Origin: Bacteroidales bacterium
GTDB taxonomy: Bacteria; Bacteroidota; Bacteroidia; Bacteroidales; Bacteroidaceae
Assembly (NCBI GenBank): GCA_030528885.1
Contig: JAUMXY010000005.1
Location: 6,924 to 70,923, forward strand
Direction of reading: 5' to 3'
Length of the DNA stretch: 64,000 nucleotides
Shown: one piece after another, positions 46,860 to 55,932 of the stretch
Layout of the letters: every line of letters starts with the position of its first letter
Numbering within the stretch: position 1 is the first letter of the stretch
Position numbers and translations under genes: made by a program
The notes under the pieces: model-generated
What the model saw: only the letters and a program-made list of their open reading frames with translations
Databases searched by the model: none
Told to the model about the DNA's origin: nothing

Positions 46860-47030
46860 CAGTGTCCTTAGCTTGCTAATTCATCTGGACACCTCTCCCT
46901 CGTCCTTTTAGGTTGAGGGGTATTAGGCTACCCCTCCCTTTCGTTGAGTGGACAACAGGCAAGCCTGGTGCCCCGATAAGGGCAAGCCCTTCGCGCTAAC
47001 GTTTCGGTCAGCCTCCGGGCTTGCTCCCGG
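46860..47030. other. candidate oriT (GC-rich hairpins upstream of mob)
   Basis: Perfect 8-bp stem GAGGGGTA (46915-46922) / TACCCCTC (46929-46936). GCAAGCCC (46983-46990) pairs with GGGCTTGC (47017-47024). GGCAAGCC is directly repeated at 46958 and 46981. Confidence 0.4.
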
Positions 47031-47072
47031 ACTACATGAAAAAAGCAAAAGACTGTTTACAGATTAAAAGCA

Positions 47073-47960
47073 TCATTCGTTATCCTGAGAAGTAAGGGAA
47101 GAAGAAGTGTGGTTTGAGTCCGTTTGTTCGGAATTATTTTTCTCCATCTTCTTCAACTTGTAGAACAGTTCACGTAGCAGACGCATGTCCTGCTTTGAGA
47201 AGTCACAGACAAAAGCATTGTGCTTGTATGAGTCTTCATCAGACTTATCAATATCTGGGAAATCTTCTCCCATCAGAACAAAGTCCATATACATCAAAGC
47301 TTGCATCCATTTTGTCCATGACCATTGACCTGCACCTTTGAAAGTGGATGCAACCATCTGGACAAGAGAATCACTATCTTGACAGTTATAGACGGTCGAA
47401 AATTCCAGATGAGAGAAACACTCTAAGACGATTTTTGCATTTTGGTCTTCTTTGTTCCAGTCGGGATCACCGCAATCATCTTCATCATTCATAGTCCCGT
47501 CGTATGCTTCAAAGTATGCAGCCAGGAACTCTGGAGATAGATTGTATTCGTCCCAGTGCTGAAGAAGAAGGTAAGCGACTTCAAGCACTGTGTCGTAAGT
47601 GATGATTGGGACGGTAAGACTGGCGTGGGTACGCAACGTAAAGGTGTAGTCACGTCCTTGGAGTTTTCGTTTGATGACACCAAGGTTTTCCAGTCCATCA
47701 AGGAATGAGCGTACAGTGGCGCGATGCCAATGCCAGTCATTGGCAAGCTCCGAGATTGAACCTGTGAATTCGCCATGACAAAGTGGTGAAATGTCTTTTG
47801 ATGAGTCACCTTTATGCGCCTTGTCTTGTCCAGACATTTTGCCAATCAAATAGCAGAAGGCATCGAGCTTGGTGAATCGTTCTGTATTCTTCGAGCGAAG
47901 GAATTGGAGAAGAGCCATGTCATTCTCCATTCCATACAAAGTTACATTCTTGTTATCCAT
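47073..47960 (-). CDS. hypothetical winged-helix-like protein (mobilisation/replication accessory?)
   Basis: 295 aa, immediately upstream of oriT/mob. ISELANDWHWHRATVRSFLDGLENLGVIKR suggests a wHTH. Confidence 0.4.
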   Translation of the reverse strand: MDNKNVTLYGMENDMALLQFLRSKNTERFTKLDAFCYLIGKMSGQDKAHKGDSSKDISPLCHGEFTGSISELANDWHWHRATVRSFLDGLENLGVIKRKLQGRDYTFTLRTHASLTVPIITYDTVLEVAYLLLQHWDEYNLSPEFLAAYFEAYDGTMNDEDDCGDPDWNKEDQNAKIVLECFSHLEFSTVYNCQDSDSLVQMVASTFKGAGQWSWTKWMQALMYMDFVLMGEDFPDIDKSDEDSYKHNAFVCDFSKQDMRLLRELFYKLKKMEKNNSEQTDSNHTSSSLTSQDNE

Positions 47961-48039
47961 TTACAATCCTTTTGTTGTGAATACTTGTCTGACTGGAGCA
48001 GACGTTGATTAAATCACCGAGTGTCCACTTAGAGTGGTG

Positions 48040-48537
48040 CTATAAGTAGTAGTTCCGAATAATGTCATCCTGAAATTCCTGATAGGTGGCAAACTCCTTA
48101 TGGGATGGCTTCTCACCCTCCAGCAGACTTGAAGGATAGAAGCCTACTGCCAGAAGAATGTAGCCCAAAGTCACACCGAGACTGTACATGTGAGGTGTGA
48201 ACAATAGTGCCAGTGCTATTGTGAATACAAACACCATGACCCCACGGCTGTTTCGTATGCCATTGATCAGTGAGAGAGTACGTTTTGCCGAGAAAAGATA
48301 AAACACCAAAACAGTGGACAGCATCACTCCATATTCTCCTGGCTTCATCCAATAACAGACGAAGTGGAAAAAGATGAGTGTCAGCAGCAGAATCTTGCCA
48401 TAGAACAGTCGGCAATGGGTACTGTAGGACATCCGCTGATAGAACAGTATCATCCGACGCGACGGGTTCTTGTAAAGGAACCAAGGTGCAAGGATTATCA
48501 CGGAGATAAGCACCAGATGGATCATTGAGAATATCAT
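48040..48537 (-). CDS. polytopic membrane protein (165 aa)
   Basis: Four or five hydrophobic helices. Confidence 0.45.
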   Translation of the reverse strand: MIFSMIHLVLISVIILAPWFLYKNPSRRMILFYQRMSYSTHCRLFYGKILLLTLIFFHFVCYWMKPGEYGVMLSTVLVFYLFSAKRTLSLINGIRNSRGVMVFVFTIALALLFTPHMYSLGVTLGYILLAVGFYPSSLLEGEKPSHKEFATYQEFQDDIIRNYYL

Positions 48538-48562
48538 ACTTACACGTTTTTAGAGTTAAAAA

Positions 48563-48925
48563 TTAAATTCCGTATTCATCGAGTGTGAGTTTTACTATGC
48601 CGTAAGTGGCATCGAGAATGAGACGTTCCACGTCCTGATAGTTCATTTGCCCAGTGGTTAGCCGTTCCCAAAAGGCTGCATCGTGGGCCTTTATCTTTCT
48701 GGCAGATTTCTCCAGTACGACTTCTGGTATTATCCACTTCTGATTTTTTTTGTAGCCATTTCGTGCTTCTATGACCTGAAGGTTCAGGGAGCAACTGTAG
48801 CATACAGAAATAGTGCCGTCGAGCGGAATAAGATATGGAGTCTGTTTCGGACTGAGTTCTGCGTTTATCCATGTCCTTCGTTCATTGATGATGTCTGCTA
48901 TTCTTTTGATTAAAGCAAGCTCCAT
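48563..48925 (-). CDS. hypothetical protein (120 aa)
   Basis: Clean ORF abutting its neighbours. Confidence 0.4.
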   Translation of the reverse strand: MELALIKRIADIINERRTWINAELSPKQTPYLIPLDGTISVCYSCSLNLQVIEARNGYKKNQKWIIPEVVLEKSARKIKAHDAAFWERLTTGQMNYQDVERLILDATYGIVKLTLDEYGI

Positions 48926-48928
48926 ACA

Positions 48929-49375
48929 TTAGCAGAACTCTACCAACAGGTCTTCTTTAGGAACCTTATGGACGAATTTTCCTCGATTCTCATGGCGGTC
49001 AAGGTCTTCCATGAGGTCTGTACACATGGCATCCAAGGAATCGTACACTGTGACTGTCAGAGTCTCAACCTTACCAGAAGCATTTGTACTGGCATGTAAC
49101 TTGAACATGTGGCCGAACTGTGTATCTGAGTATGCACAGCACTGGTGTCCGAAATCAGTATGAGCAGACGGGATGAAATGATAGAGGATGGTAAGTTCCA
49201 TCTGATCCTCGAATTTGTCCATTACATCTTCCAGGTCATACTGGTGAGACAATGCGTAGGAAATTGTGGCACTCTCTTCGTCGATGTCTGTTTCTGCGAT
49301 GCTTACGCTATCGAAGAGTTCTGGCAAAATGGCTGGCGCAAGCATCTTGAATTGTTCGATTTCTTCTTGTATCAT
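48929..49375 (-). CDS. strongly acidic small protein (148 aa)
   Basis: High Asp/Glu content throughout (EEIEQF, ETDIDEES, DLEDVMDKFEDQ, DLMEDLD). Confidence 0.4.
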   Translation of the reverse strand: MIQEEIEQFKMLAPAILPELFDSVSIAETDIDEESATISYALSHQYDLEDVMDKFEDQMELTILYHFIPSAHTDFGHQCCAYSDTQFGHMFKLHASTNASGKVETLTVTVYDSLDAMCTDLMEDLDRHENRGKFVHKVPKEDLLVEFC

Positions 49376-49388
49376 AGTGATGTTTTGA

Positions 49389-50531
49389 TTAGAGTCCTGA
49401 TATGTAAAGTTTGAGAATGAGGTTGCTCATTTCTGAAAGTTTCCTGTGATTCTTGCCAAGCTTGTGAGTCTGTTCCATACGTTGAATCTCGTCAGCGTAT
49501 GAGAGAAGCGTCCTCTCCTGTTCCGGGGTGAGCATAGCCATTCCAAAGGAATCTATGGCTATGTAAGGCTGAATGAGCATCCAGTAATAAGCTTCCTGCT
49601 GCTTGTCGGTAAGCTTGTCTCTGCGCTTGATGCTTTCAATACAAGATTGGGTGTTCTGCACCAAACGTCGGTTTGTGCGCATAGACATATATACCATAAC
49701 ATCCTTGGCATCAAGTTCTCCATCAGTCGCATATCGATAGACAGATTTACATAATTGTTCTGTACCTTTCGTAATATCAGCAAGAGATATATCACTATAT
49801 TCATTGATATGGGTAAGGAAGGTACGGAATAATCTGTCTTCAGTACGGATGACTGATTTCAGATCGTTGAGTTTCTTAAACTCGATATCGTTTATGCCGG
49901 AAAAGAATTTTCTGTATAAGACAAGCGTCTGTCCTTTGTCTGCTTTGAAAACTTCAAGGCTGTCAAGAGAGGCATAAAACGCTTTGGCTGAGTTAAATGT
50001 GGTTTTGATGTCCTCCTCATTATTATATTGTGAGGTGGACTTCTTGAATCTAAGGACGTCTTTGAGTGTTCTGTCTTGTCCAACGGCAAGTCTGAACATC
50101 TCAGTTCTGATAGAGTCATGTAAGCCATAGAACTCCGAAGACAGATAAGTGTGTGCATAGAATGCAGAATCCTTACTGATGTAAGTATAAACACTATCGC
50201 GCAACTCAGACCAGTTGCTGATGGTGGCAACAAAATCATCTGAAGACAGAGATTCCTTTTTCTGTAGTTCAGACAAGTAAACATGATAACTGGTAAGAGC
50301 ATCTTTACTTGAATCGAAATGATACTTCGACTTGTCAGTGGCACATGATGCCATACAAAGGATGGCAATTATAGTGGCAGAAATAGCCAATATAATGCGA
50401 GTATGATTATACTTTGTTTCCTTTGCTTTCTTTTGGTTGACTTTCAACATTGAGTAAAGCTTTAAAGTATTCATGTAACAATTTGGTTTAGTGCTATACA
50501 TATACTGATAATTGTTTGAAATCCGCTGCAA
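49389..50531 (-). CDS. lipoprotein of unknown function
   Basis: 380-aa ORF. The internal start MLKVNQ... gives ...IIAILCMASC (lipobox). Confidence 0.45.
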   Translation of the reverse strand: MQRISNNYQYMYSTKPNCYMNTLKLYSMLKVNQKKAKETKYNHTRIILAISATIIAILCMASCATDKSKYHFDSSKDALTSYHVYLSELQKKESLSSDDFVATISNWSELRDSVYTYISKDSAFYAHTYLSSEFYGLHDSIRTEMFRLAVGQDRTLKDVLRFKKSTSQYNNEEDIKTTFNSAKAFYASLDSLEVFKADKGQTLVLYRKFFSGINDIEFKKLNDLKSVIRTEDRLFRTFLTHINEYSDISLADITKGTEQLCKSVYRYATDGELDAKDVMVYMSMRTNRRLVQNTQSCIESIKRRDKLTDKQQEAYYWMLIQPYIAIDSFGMAMLTPEQERTLLSYADEIQRMEQTHKLGKNHRKLSEMSNLILKLYISGL

Positions 50532-50609
50532 AGGTAAGTATAATAATCGAAATAGCGAGCAGTTTGATTATAACTTTAAGTATTGTTATAAATGATACTT
50601 GAAGTTTCA

Positions 50610-50687
50610 AATAATCATACTCGAAAGCAAATAGACAGTCGAGTATCAAGTATTAAAATTCACAAATATCATTTGAGTATGATTATT
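50610..50687. promoter_or_regulatory. cluster of operator-like repeats in a divergent promoter region
   Basis: AATAATCATACTC (50610-50622) and GAGTATGATTATT (50675-50687) form a perfect 13-bp inverted repeat. An inner pair is ATACTCGA (50617-50624) / TCGAGTAT (50639-50646). Confidence 0.5.
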
Positions 50688-50766
50688 ATTGAAAATAAAA
50701 GTGTATCTTTGCAACATAAAACAGGTGAAAACGCAAGTTTCACCCACTAACAAACTGAAAACAAAT

Positions 50767-51411
50767 ATGGCAAAGGTAGGTTATATCTTTCTGGCAGAGG
50801 CATACGAATCCGTCGAGTCTGATAAGGCTTGGATGGAGAAATTCGGCTGCGTGAAAATTGTCGAAGAGAATGCCGAGGATGAGAAGTTGCGTCCAGAGTG
50901 GAAAGCCCTTCTCATGAGTCTTGAACGAGGTGATGAACTGGTATTGAGCAAATTCAGCAATGCGTTGCGTGGTACCAGGGAACTTTCTTACTTCCTCGAA
51001 CTATGCCGTATCAAGGTGATACGCATTATCTCTATTCACGATAAGGTTGACTCAAAGGATGAAGTTTTCCCTGCATTGAAGACTTCTGACTTTCTTGACA
51101 TGATTGGTTCCCTCCCTGCAGAAGTTGCCACACTTCGTAAGGCATCTACCCATATCATGCGTTTGCGTACTGCCAAAACCAAGACAAAATCAACTAAATC
51201 CCGTCAAGAACGAGAGGCTACAATTGTAAACATGTACAATGGAGGCCATGCTATTGACGATATTTGGGCTGTCAGCGGTTTCAAGAGCAGAAGTTCCATC
51301 TTCAGGATCCTGCGCAAATATGGCATAACACTAAATCGTGGCCCACATTCTGGCCCAATTAAGAAATGGAACGAAAGGAAGAACCCGATTATCAAAGAAG
51401 ACAAACAATGA
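50767..51411 (+). CDS. resolvase-like protein lacking catalytic residues, with C-terminal HTH
   Basis: ORF trimmed to MAKVGYIFLAEAY. Aligned with gamma-delta/Tn3 resolvase, GYARVST becomes GYIFLAE (Arg8 and Ser10 lost) and DRLGR becomes SNALRG. The C-terminus IVNMYNGGHAIDDIWAVSGFKSRSSIFRILRKYG is a resolvase-type HTH. Confidence 0.6.
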   Translation: MAKVGYIFLAEAYESVESDKAWMEKFGCVKIVEENAEDEKLRPEWKALLMSLERGDELVLSKFSNALRGTRELSYFLELCRIKVIRIISIHDKVDSKDEVFPALKTSDFLDMIGSLPAEVATLRKASTHIMRLRTAKTKTKSTKSRQEREATIVNMYNGGHAIDDIWAVSGFKSRSSIFRILRKYGITLNRGPHSGPIKKWNERKNPIIKEDKQ

Positions 51412-52094
51412 CACTACAAGAAGCTATTGAAGCCCGGCATAGTGTAAGGGCATACAAAAATGAGCCTTTGGCAGAGGATGTTGTCAAGGCATTGGAAGAG
51501 CAGATAACTGTTCTGAATCGTGAAGGAAAGCTGCACATGCAGCTAATCCTTAATGAACCAAAGGCATTCCAAGGGACTATGGCCAAATATGGCAAGTTCC
51601 GTAATGCCAACAACTATATTGTCATGGCAGGAAAGAAAGCTGAAGATCTTGATGAACGCATAGGTTACTATGGAGAGCATCTGGTGTTGTTGGCTCAAAC
51701 ACTTGGATTGAACACCTGTTGGGTAGGTCTCTCCTACTCGAAGGTGCCAGGAACGTATGAGCTTGGCGAAGACGAAAAGATTGCTTGCTACATTGCCATC
51801 GGCTATGGTGAGACACAAGGTGTCAGCCATAAAATCAAGACCGTCCAGCAAGTGAGCAATGCCAGTGACATCACTCCGTCATGGTTCAAGAAGGGAGTGG
51901 AAGCTGCTTTACTTGCTCCAACTGCCGTAAATCAACAGAAGTTCTCGTTTGAGTATGTAGGCATGAGCAATAATCGTCATCAGGTAAGAGCAAAGAAAGG
52001 GTTCTCCATGATAGGCTATACACAGATGGACTTGGGCATTTCTAAATACCACTTTGAGATAGGTGCTGGAAAGGTTAACTTTGATTGGGTATAA
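51408..52094 (+). CDS. nitroreductase-family protein
   Basis: MTLQEAIEARHSVRAYKNEPL at the N-terminus. The start overlaps the upstream stop (ATGA). Confidence 0.75.
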   Translation: MTLQEAIEARHSVRAYKNEPLAEDVVKALEEQITVLNREGKLHMQLILNEPKAFQGTMAKYGKFRNANNYIVMAGKKAEDLDERIGYYGEHLVLLAQTLGLNTCWVGLSYSKVPGTYELGEDEKIACYIAIGYGETQGVSHKIKTVQQVSNASDITPSWFKKGVEAALLAPTAVNQQKFSFEYVGMSNNRHQVRAKKGFSMIGYTQMDLGISKYHFEIGAGKVNFDWV

Positions 52095-52204
52095 ACAGAT
52101 AAATTGGGATTAGTCAGGTTCAAATCAGGATTTCGAACTCTACAAGTCCATTGATTCCATTGATATAGTAAAATAAGTTTAATCTAATTAAATCTATAAA
52201 CATT

Positions 52205-54139
52205 ATGCAAACAGATGCTTCAAATGTGACACTTCCAGGATTATTTGCCAATAAGTGTTTCCGTATCCCAAACTATCAGCGAGGATATGCTTGGGGAGAG
52301 TCCCAACTAAATGACTTGTGGGATGACATCATGGATATTCAGAAGAATGGTGCGACATACAGACCACATTATACAGGTGCTATAACACTACAGCAAATAG
52401 ATATTAATGATTTGACTCCTGCGGAAAAGAAACTATCTTCCACTGGAATGGAGTACTACAACGTGGTTGATGGTCAACAGAGATTGACAACCATTGTTAT
52501 TATGCTTAACGCTTTGAAAAATAAAATAACAACGGGTAAAAAACAGCTTATAGATAATTATCTTGTCACTAAAAACTATGTTTGCAGATTTATATATAGC
52601 GATACGAATGGGAATAGTTACCGCTTCTTCATGAAAAACATCATTGGAGGAACGAATATACTACCATTTACGTTTACAATCTATACGGCGAACCTTGAAT
52701 ATGCATCTAAATTTTTCGACGAACGTTTCTCTGAATTAAAACCAAAAGAGCTTAAAGAATTCCAGGAAAAGCTTCTTACAGCATTAGTCTTTGACACAAA
52801 ATATATACAAGACAACCTTGATGTTCAGGCCGTTTTTGAAACAATGAATAATAGAGGTAAACCATTGACGACGCTGGAGAAGCTCAAGAATCGATTATTA
52901 TATATGACCAGTAAGTTTGATCCTGTCAATGTTGATATCAAACGACTGTCTGATGACATAAACGACAGTTGGGGACTGATTTACGAGACGCTTGGCCAAA
53001 ATAAAGACTTATTATTGAGTGAAGACGAATTTCTGTCTGCATATCTAACATTATTGAGAGAACCAGCTGATTATTCATTCTCAGAATCTTTAGCTGAGAC
53101 AAAGGTTTTTCAGATGTTTTGTAACCATGCAACAAAATACGATTTTAGCATGGCGAGACAGCATAATAGTTCAATCAAAGAACCAGCAGTAGATGAGAAT
53201 AAAATACATGCATTTGTATCTGATATAGCCAATTATGTAAGGCATTGGTATGATGTTTATTTCCCTCATTTAAGTACCCAAAGAGGACTACATTTGCAAA
53301 AAATTCAGTATCTCAACGGTTCAAAGGAGATGCGTCTATTCCTTGCCGAGTTGCTGATGCTGGCAAATAACCAATCTACTTTGGTAGATGAATGCTTGGA
53401 GATGGTAGAAAAAGTTCTGTTCAAAAATGCGCTCCCAGGCGTTTCTTTATTGGACGAACGCCGTTTCGCTACTCGTGCACGTGATTTACATCAAGGAGAA
53501 ATGACTTTAGATGAGCTTAAAGATGAATTAGAAAGTTTGTTACTTCAGCAGATCGATATTCAATCCCTAATAGGAGGTTTCCGATATTTGTTCACTTGTG
53601 TGAGAGGTAATATCGGCTTCCATCGCTGGAGTGCTCTTAAATTTTTCTTGATGGAGTATGAAAAACACCTACAGGGTAAGGGGCTTTCTCACGTTGAATG
53701 GAAGAATTATTATAATGTACAAATCGAGCATGTAATGCCAAGAACATGGAGTAATCATTGGAGTAATGAGATGAATAATTATTTGAGCGCGCACTCATCA
53801 TTGAATGTTGATGAAGTAGAAAGGGCGAAGAATATACTTATCAATACATTAGGTAATTTGACTGTCATACAAGATATTAAGAATGCTGGTATCGGGAATA
53901 ATCCTTGGGCAACCAAACAAGCAGCTTATTCAAATGGCAGTTACAGCGAGATAGAGATTGTTACTACAACATCTTGGGATCCTTGGGGTCATGTTTCCAT
54001 CAAAGCAAGAGGAAAACAAATGCTGGATTTCTTATGTGATTATCTAGAATATAACGGTAATCGTCCGCTAACTATTAGCAGCGATGCAACACGTGATGAT
54101 TATACAGACATCCTATTTTACGAGGATAAATATAATTAA
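52205..54139 (+). CDS. GmrSD-type (DUF262 + DUF1524) type IV restriction enzyme candidate
   Basis: 644 aa with FRIPNYQRGYAWGESQLNDLWDDI and DGQQRLTT (DUF262), then C-terminal QIEHVMPRTW...LGNLTVI (DUF1524 His-Me finger). Confidence 0.75.
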   Translation: MQTDASNVTLPGLFANKCFRIPNYQRGYAWGESQLNDLWDDIMDIQKNGATYRPHYTGAITLQQIDINDLTPAEKKLSSTGMEYYNVVDGQQRLTTIVIMLNALKNKITTGKKQLIDNYLVTKNYVCRFIYSDTNGNSYRFFMKNIIGGTNILPFTFTIYTANLEYASKFFDERFSELKPKELKEFQEKLLTALVFDTKYIQDNLDVQAVFETMNNRGKPLTTLEKLKNRLLYMTSKFDPVNVDIKRLSDDINDSWGLIYETLGQNKDLLLSEDEFLSAYLTLLREPADYSFSESLAETKVFQMFCNHATKYDFSMARQHNSSIKEPAVDENKIHAFVSDIANYVRHWYDVYFPHLSTQRGLHLQKIQYLNGSKEMRLFLAELLMLANNQSTLVDECLEMVEKVLFKNALPGVSLLDERRFATRARDLHQGEMTLDELKDELESLLLQQIDIQSLIGGFRYLFTCVRGNIGFHRWSALKFFLMEYEKHLQGKGLSHVEWKNYYNVQIEHVMPRTWSNHWSNEMNNYLSAHSSLNVDEVERAKNILINTLGNLTVIQDIKNAGIGNNPWATKQAAYSNGSYSEIEIVTTTSWDPWGHVSIKARGKQMLDFLCDYLEYNGNRPLTISSDATRDDYTDILFYEDKYN

Positions 54140-54177
54140 CTGTTAAATCCAAAATTTATCGAAAAGACAGATAGATA

Positions 54178-54612
54178 ATGGCAAACATTCAAATCATACA
54201 AGGTGACTTTGAGAAGAAACTGAAGCTTCAATTCGCTCCTGGCATAAAAGCTGGATTCCCATCTCCTGCTGAAGACTACAGCCATGAGACACTGGATTTC
54301 AATCGTGATCTGATTCGGAACCCAGAAGCAACATTCTATGGCAAGGTGGAAGGCGATTCTATGATTGAAGCTGGCATCAATGATGGTGATATTGCTGTCA
54401 TTGACCGTTCCGTCGAAGCTCAGGATGGGGATATTGTCGTTGGATATATCAATGATGAGTTCACCATCAAGTACCTCGATTTACGACATCGTAAGGATGG
54501 CTATATCGAGTTGCGTCCTGCCAACAAGGACTTCAAGCCTATCCGTATCGATGCAGATGATGACTTTGAAGTGTGGGGCGTGGTGATTTGGACTATCAAA
54601 CGCTGGAAATAA
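54178..54612 (+). CDS. umuD: translesion polymerase V accessory subunit (S24 LexA-like peptidase)
   Basis: 144 aa with GFPSPAEDY and the GDSM Ser box plus a downstream Lys. Confidence 0.85.
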   Translation: MANIQIIQGDFEKKLKLQFAPGIKAGFPSPAEDYSHETLDFNRDLIRNPEATFYGKVEGDSMIEAGINDGDIAVIDRSVEAQDGDIVVGYINDEFTIKYLDLRHRKDGYIELRPANKDFKPIRIDADDDFEVWGVVIWTIKRWK

Positions 54613-54624
54613 AGTTTTTGAACC

Positions 54625-55920
54625 ATGTACGGCATCATTGACTGCGATAACTGTTACGTATCATGCGAGCGTGTCTTTCGGCCCGACCTGAAGGACAAGC
54701 CTGTCGTTGTTCTCAGCAACAATGACGGCTGCGTGGTGGCACGCTCAAATGAAGCCAAGAAGATGGGTATCAAAGCCGGAACACCTTATTTCCAACTGGC
54801 AGAACAGTTCCCCAATCTAAAGATTGTTGTATTCTCATCCAACTATGAGTTGTATGGAGAATTGACGAGCCGTGTGGTTTCAATCATTAGCAAAGAGGCA
54901 CCTGCCTACTTCCGCTACAGCATCGACGAGTGCTTTGTCTATCTTGACGGCATGGAGCATCTGGACTTGAAAGCATGGGGCGAAGAACTTCATAAGAAGA
55001 TCAAGCGAAATGTAGGAATGCCTGTCAGCATCGGTCTTGCTCCAAATAAGACCCTTGCGAAGATGGCCAGCCATTTCGCCAAGAAATACCAGGGCTACCG
55101 CCACTGCTGCATGATTGATACAGACGAGAAGCGTATCAAGGCATTGAAACTATATCCCATAGATGAAGTTTGGGGCATTGGCCGACGCTATGCAGCACGT
55201 CTTGAAGCTCTTGGTGTGAAGACTGCTTACGATTTTGCAGAACATAACCAGAGTTGGGTACGCGCCACATTTAACAACATTGTCATCGAGCGTATTTGGC
55301 GTGAACTGAACGGCGAGGACTGTGTGCCCAATGAGGAGATGGCTAAGAAGAAGAGCATCTGCACGAGTCGTTCCTTCAATGGCATGATTACAGACCTCGA
55401 CGGACTCCGTACTCATGTATCGAACTATGCTGCCAGATGTGCCGAGAAACTGCGTCAGCAAGGTACGGTCGCATCCATTGTAGGCGTATTTCTCAACACA
55501 AATGCTTTCCGTGAAGACATGCCTCAATACTGGAACTTTCAGGAAATGCGTCTTCTTACCCCCTCCAGCTCGACAGTCACCATTGTCAAGGCTGCCAATG
55601 AAGTTCTTCAGAAGCTCTACCGTCAAGGTTATCACTATAAGAAAGCAGGTGTCATAGTCATGGGAATTGGGCCTAACAGTCCAATTCAGCAAGACTTGTT
55701 TGACACAAATGCAGAACAGTTTGAGAAGATGAAGCGACTGGATGCAGTCATTGATCGCATCAACAAGGTCAATGGAACCGAGACCATTGTGCTTGGCAGT
55801 CAGCAATACACTCAAAAGGACGGTAAGGGAAAGGCTAACGTCTTTGCCAATGCCATTAAACATGATTTCAAGAGCAAAAACCCAACCACTCGTTGGAGTG
55901 ATATTATTGTTTTGAAGTAA
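54625..55920 (+). CDS. umuC: Y-family DNA polymerase
   Basis: 431 aa with IDCDNCYVSCERVFRP and SIDECFV motifs. Confidence 0.85.
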   Translation: MYGIIDCDNCYVSCERVFRPDLKDKPVVVLSNNDGCVVARSNEAKKMGIKAGTPYFQLAEQFPNLKIVVFSSNYELYGELTSRVVSIISKEAPAYFRYSIDECFVYLDGMEHLDLKAWGEELHKKIKRNVGMPVSIGLAPNKTLAKMASHFAKKYQGYRHCCMIDTDEKRIKALKLYPIDEVWGIGRRYAARLEALGVKTAYDFAEHNQSWVRATFNNIVIERIWRELNGEDCVPNEEMAKKKSICTSRSFNGMITDLDGLRTHVSNYAARCAEKLRQQGTVASIVGVFLNTNAFREDMPQYWNFQEMRLLTPSSSTVTIVKAANEVLQKLYRQGYHYKKAGVIVMGIGPNSPIQQDLFDTNAEQFEKMKRLDAVIDRINKVNGTETIVLGSQQYTQKDGKGKANVFANAIKHDFKSKNPTTRWSDIIVLK

Positions 55921-55932
55921 GGGAAAGAAGAA

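Noticed and set aside
50767-51411. Using the resolvase-like gene as the element's integrase/recombinase
   Set aside because: The catalytic Ser and the flanking Arg and Asp residues are substituted (GYIFLAE, SNALRG), so it is unlikely to be an active recombinase.
52101-52140. tRNA-like GGTTCAAATC / TTCGAACTC strings as a tRNA gene or tRNA-derived att site
   Set aside because: The flanking bases do not form a T-stem or acceptor stem, so no cloverleaf can be drawn.
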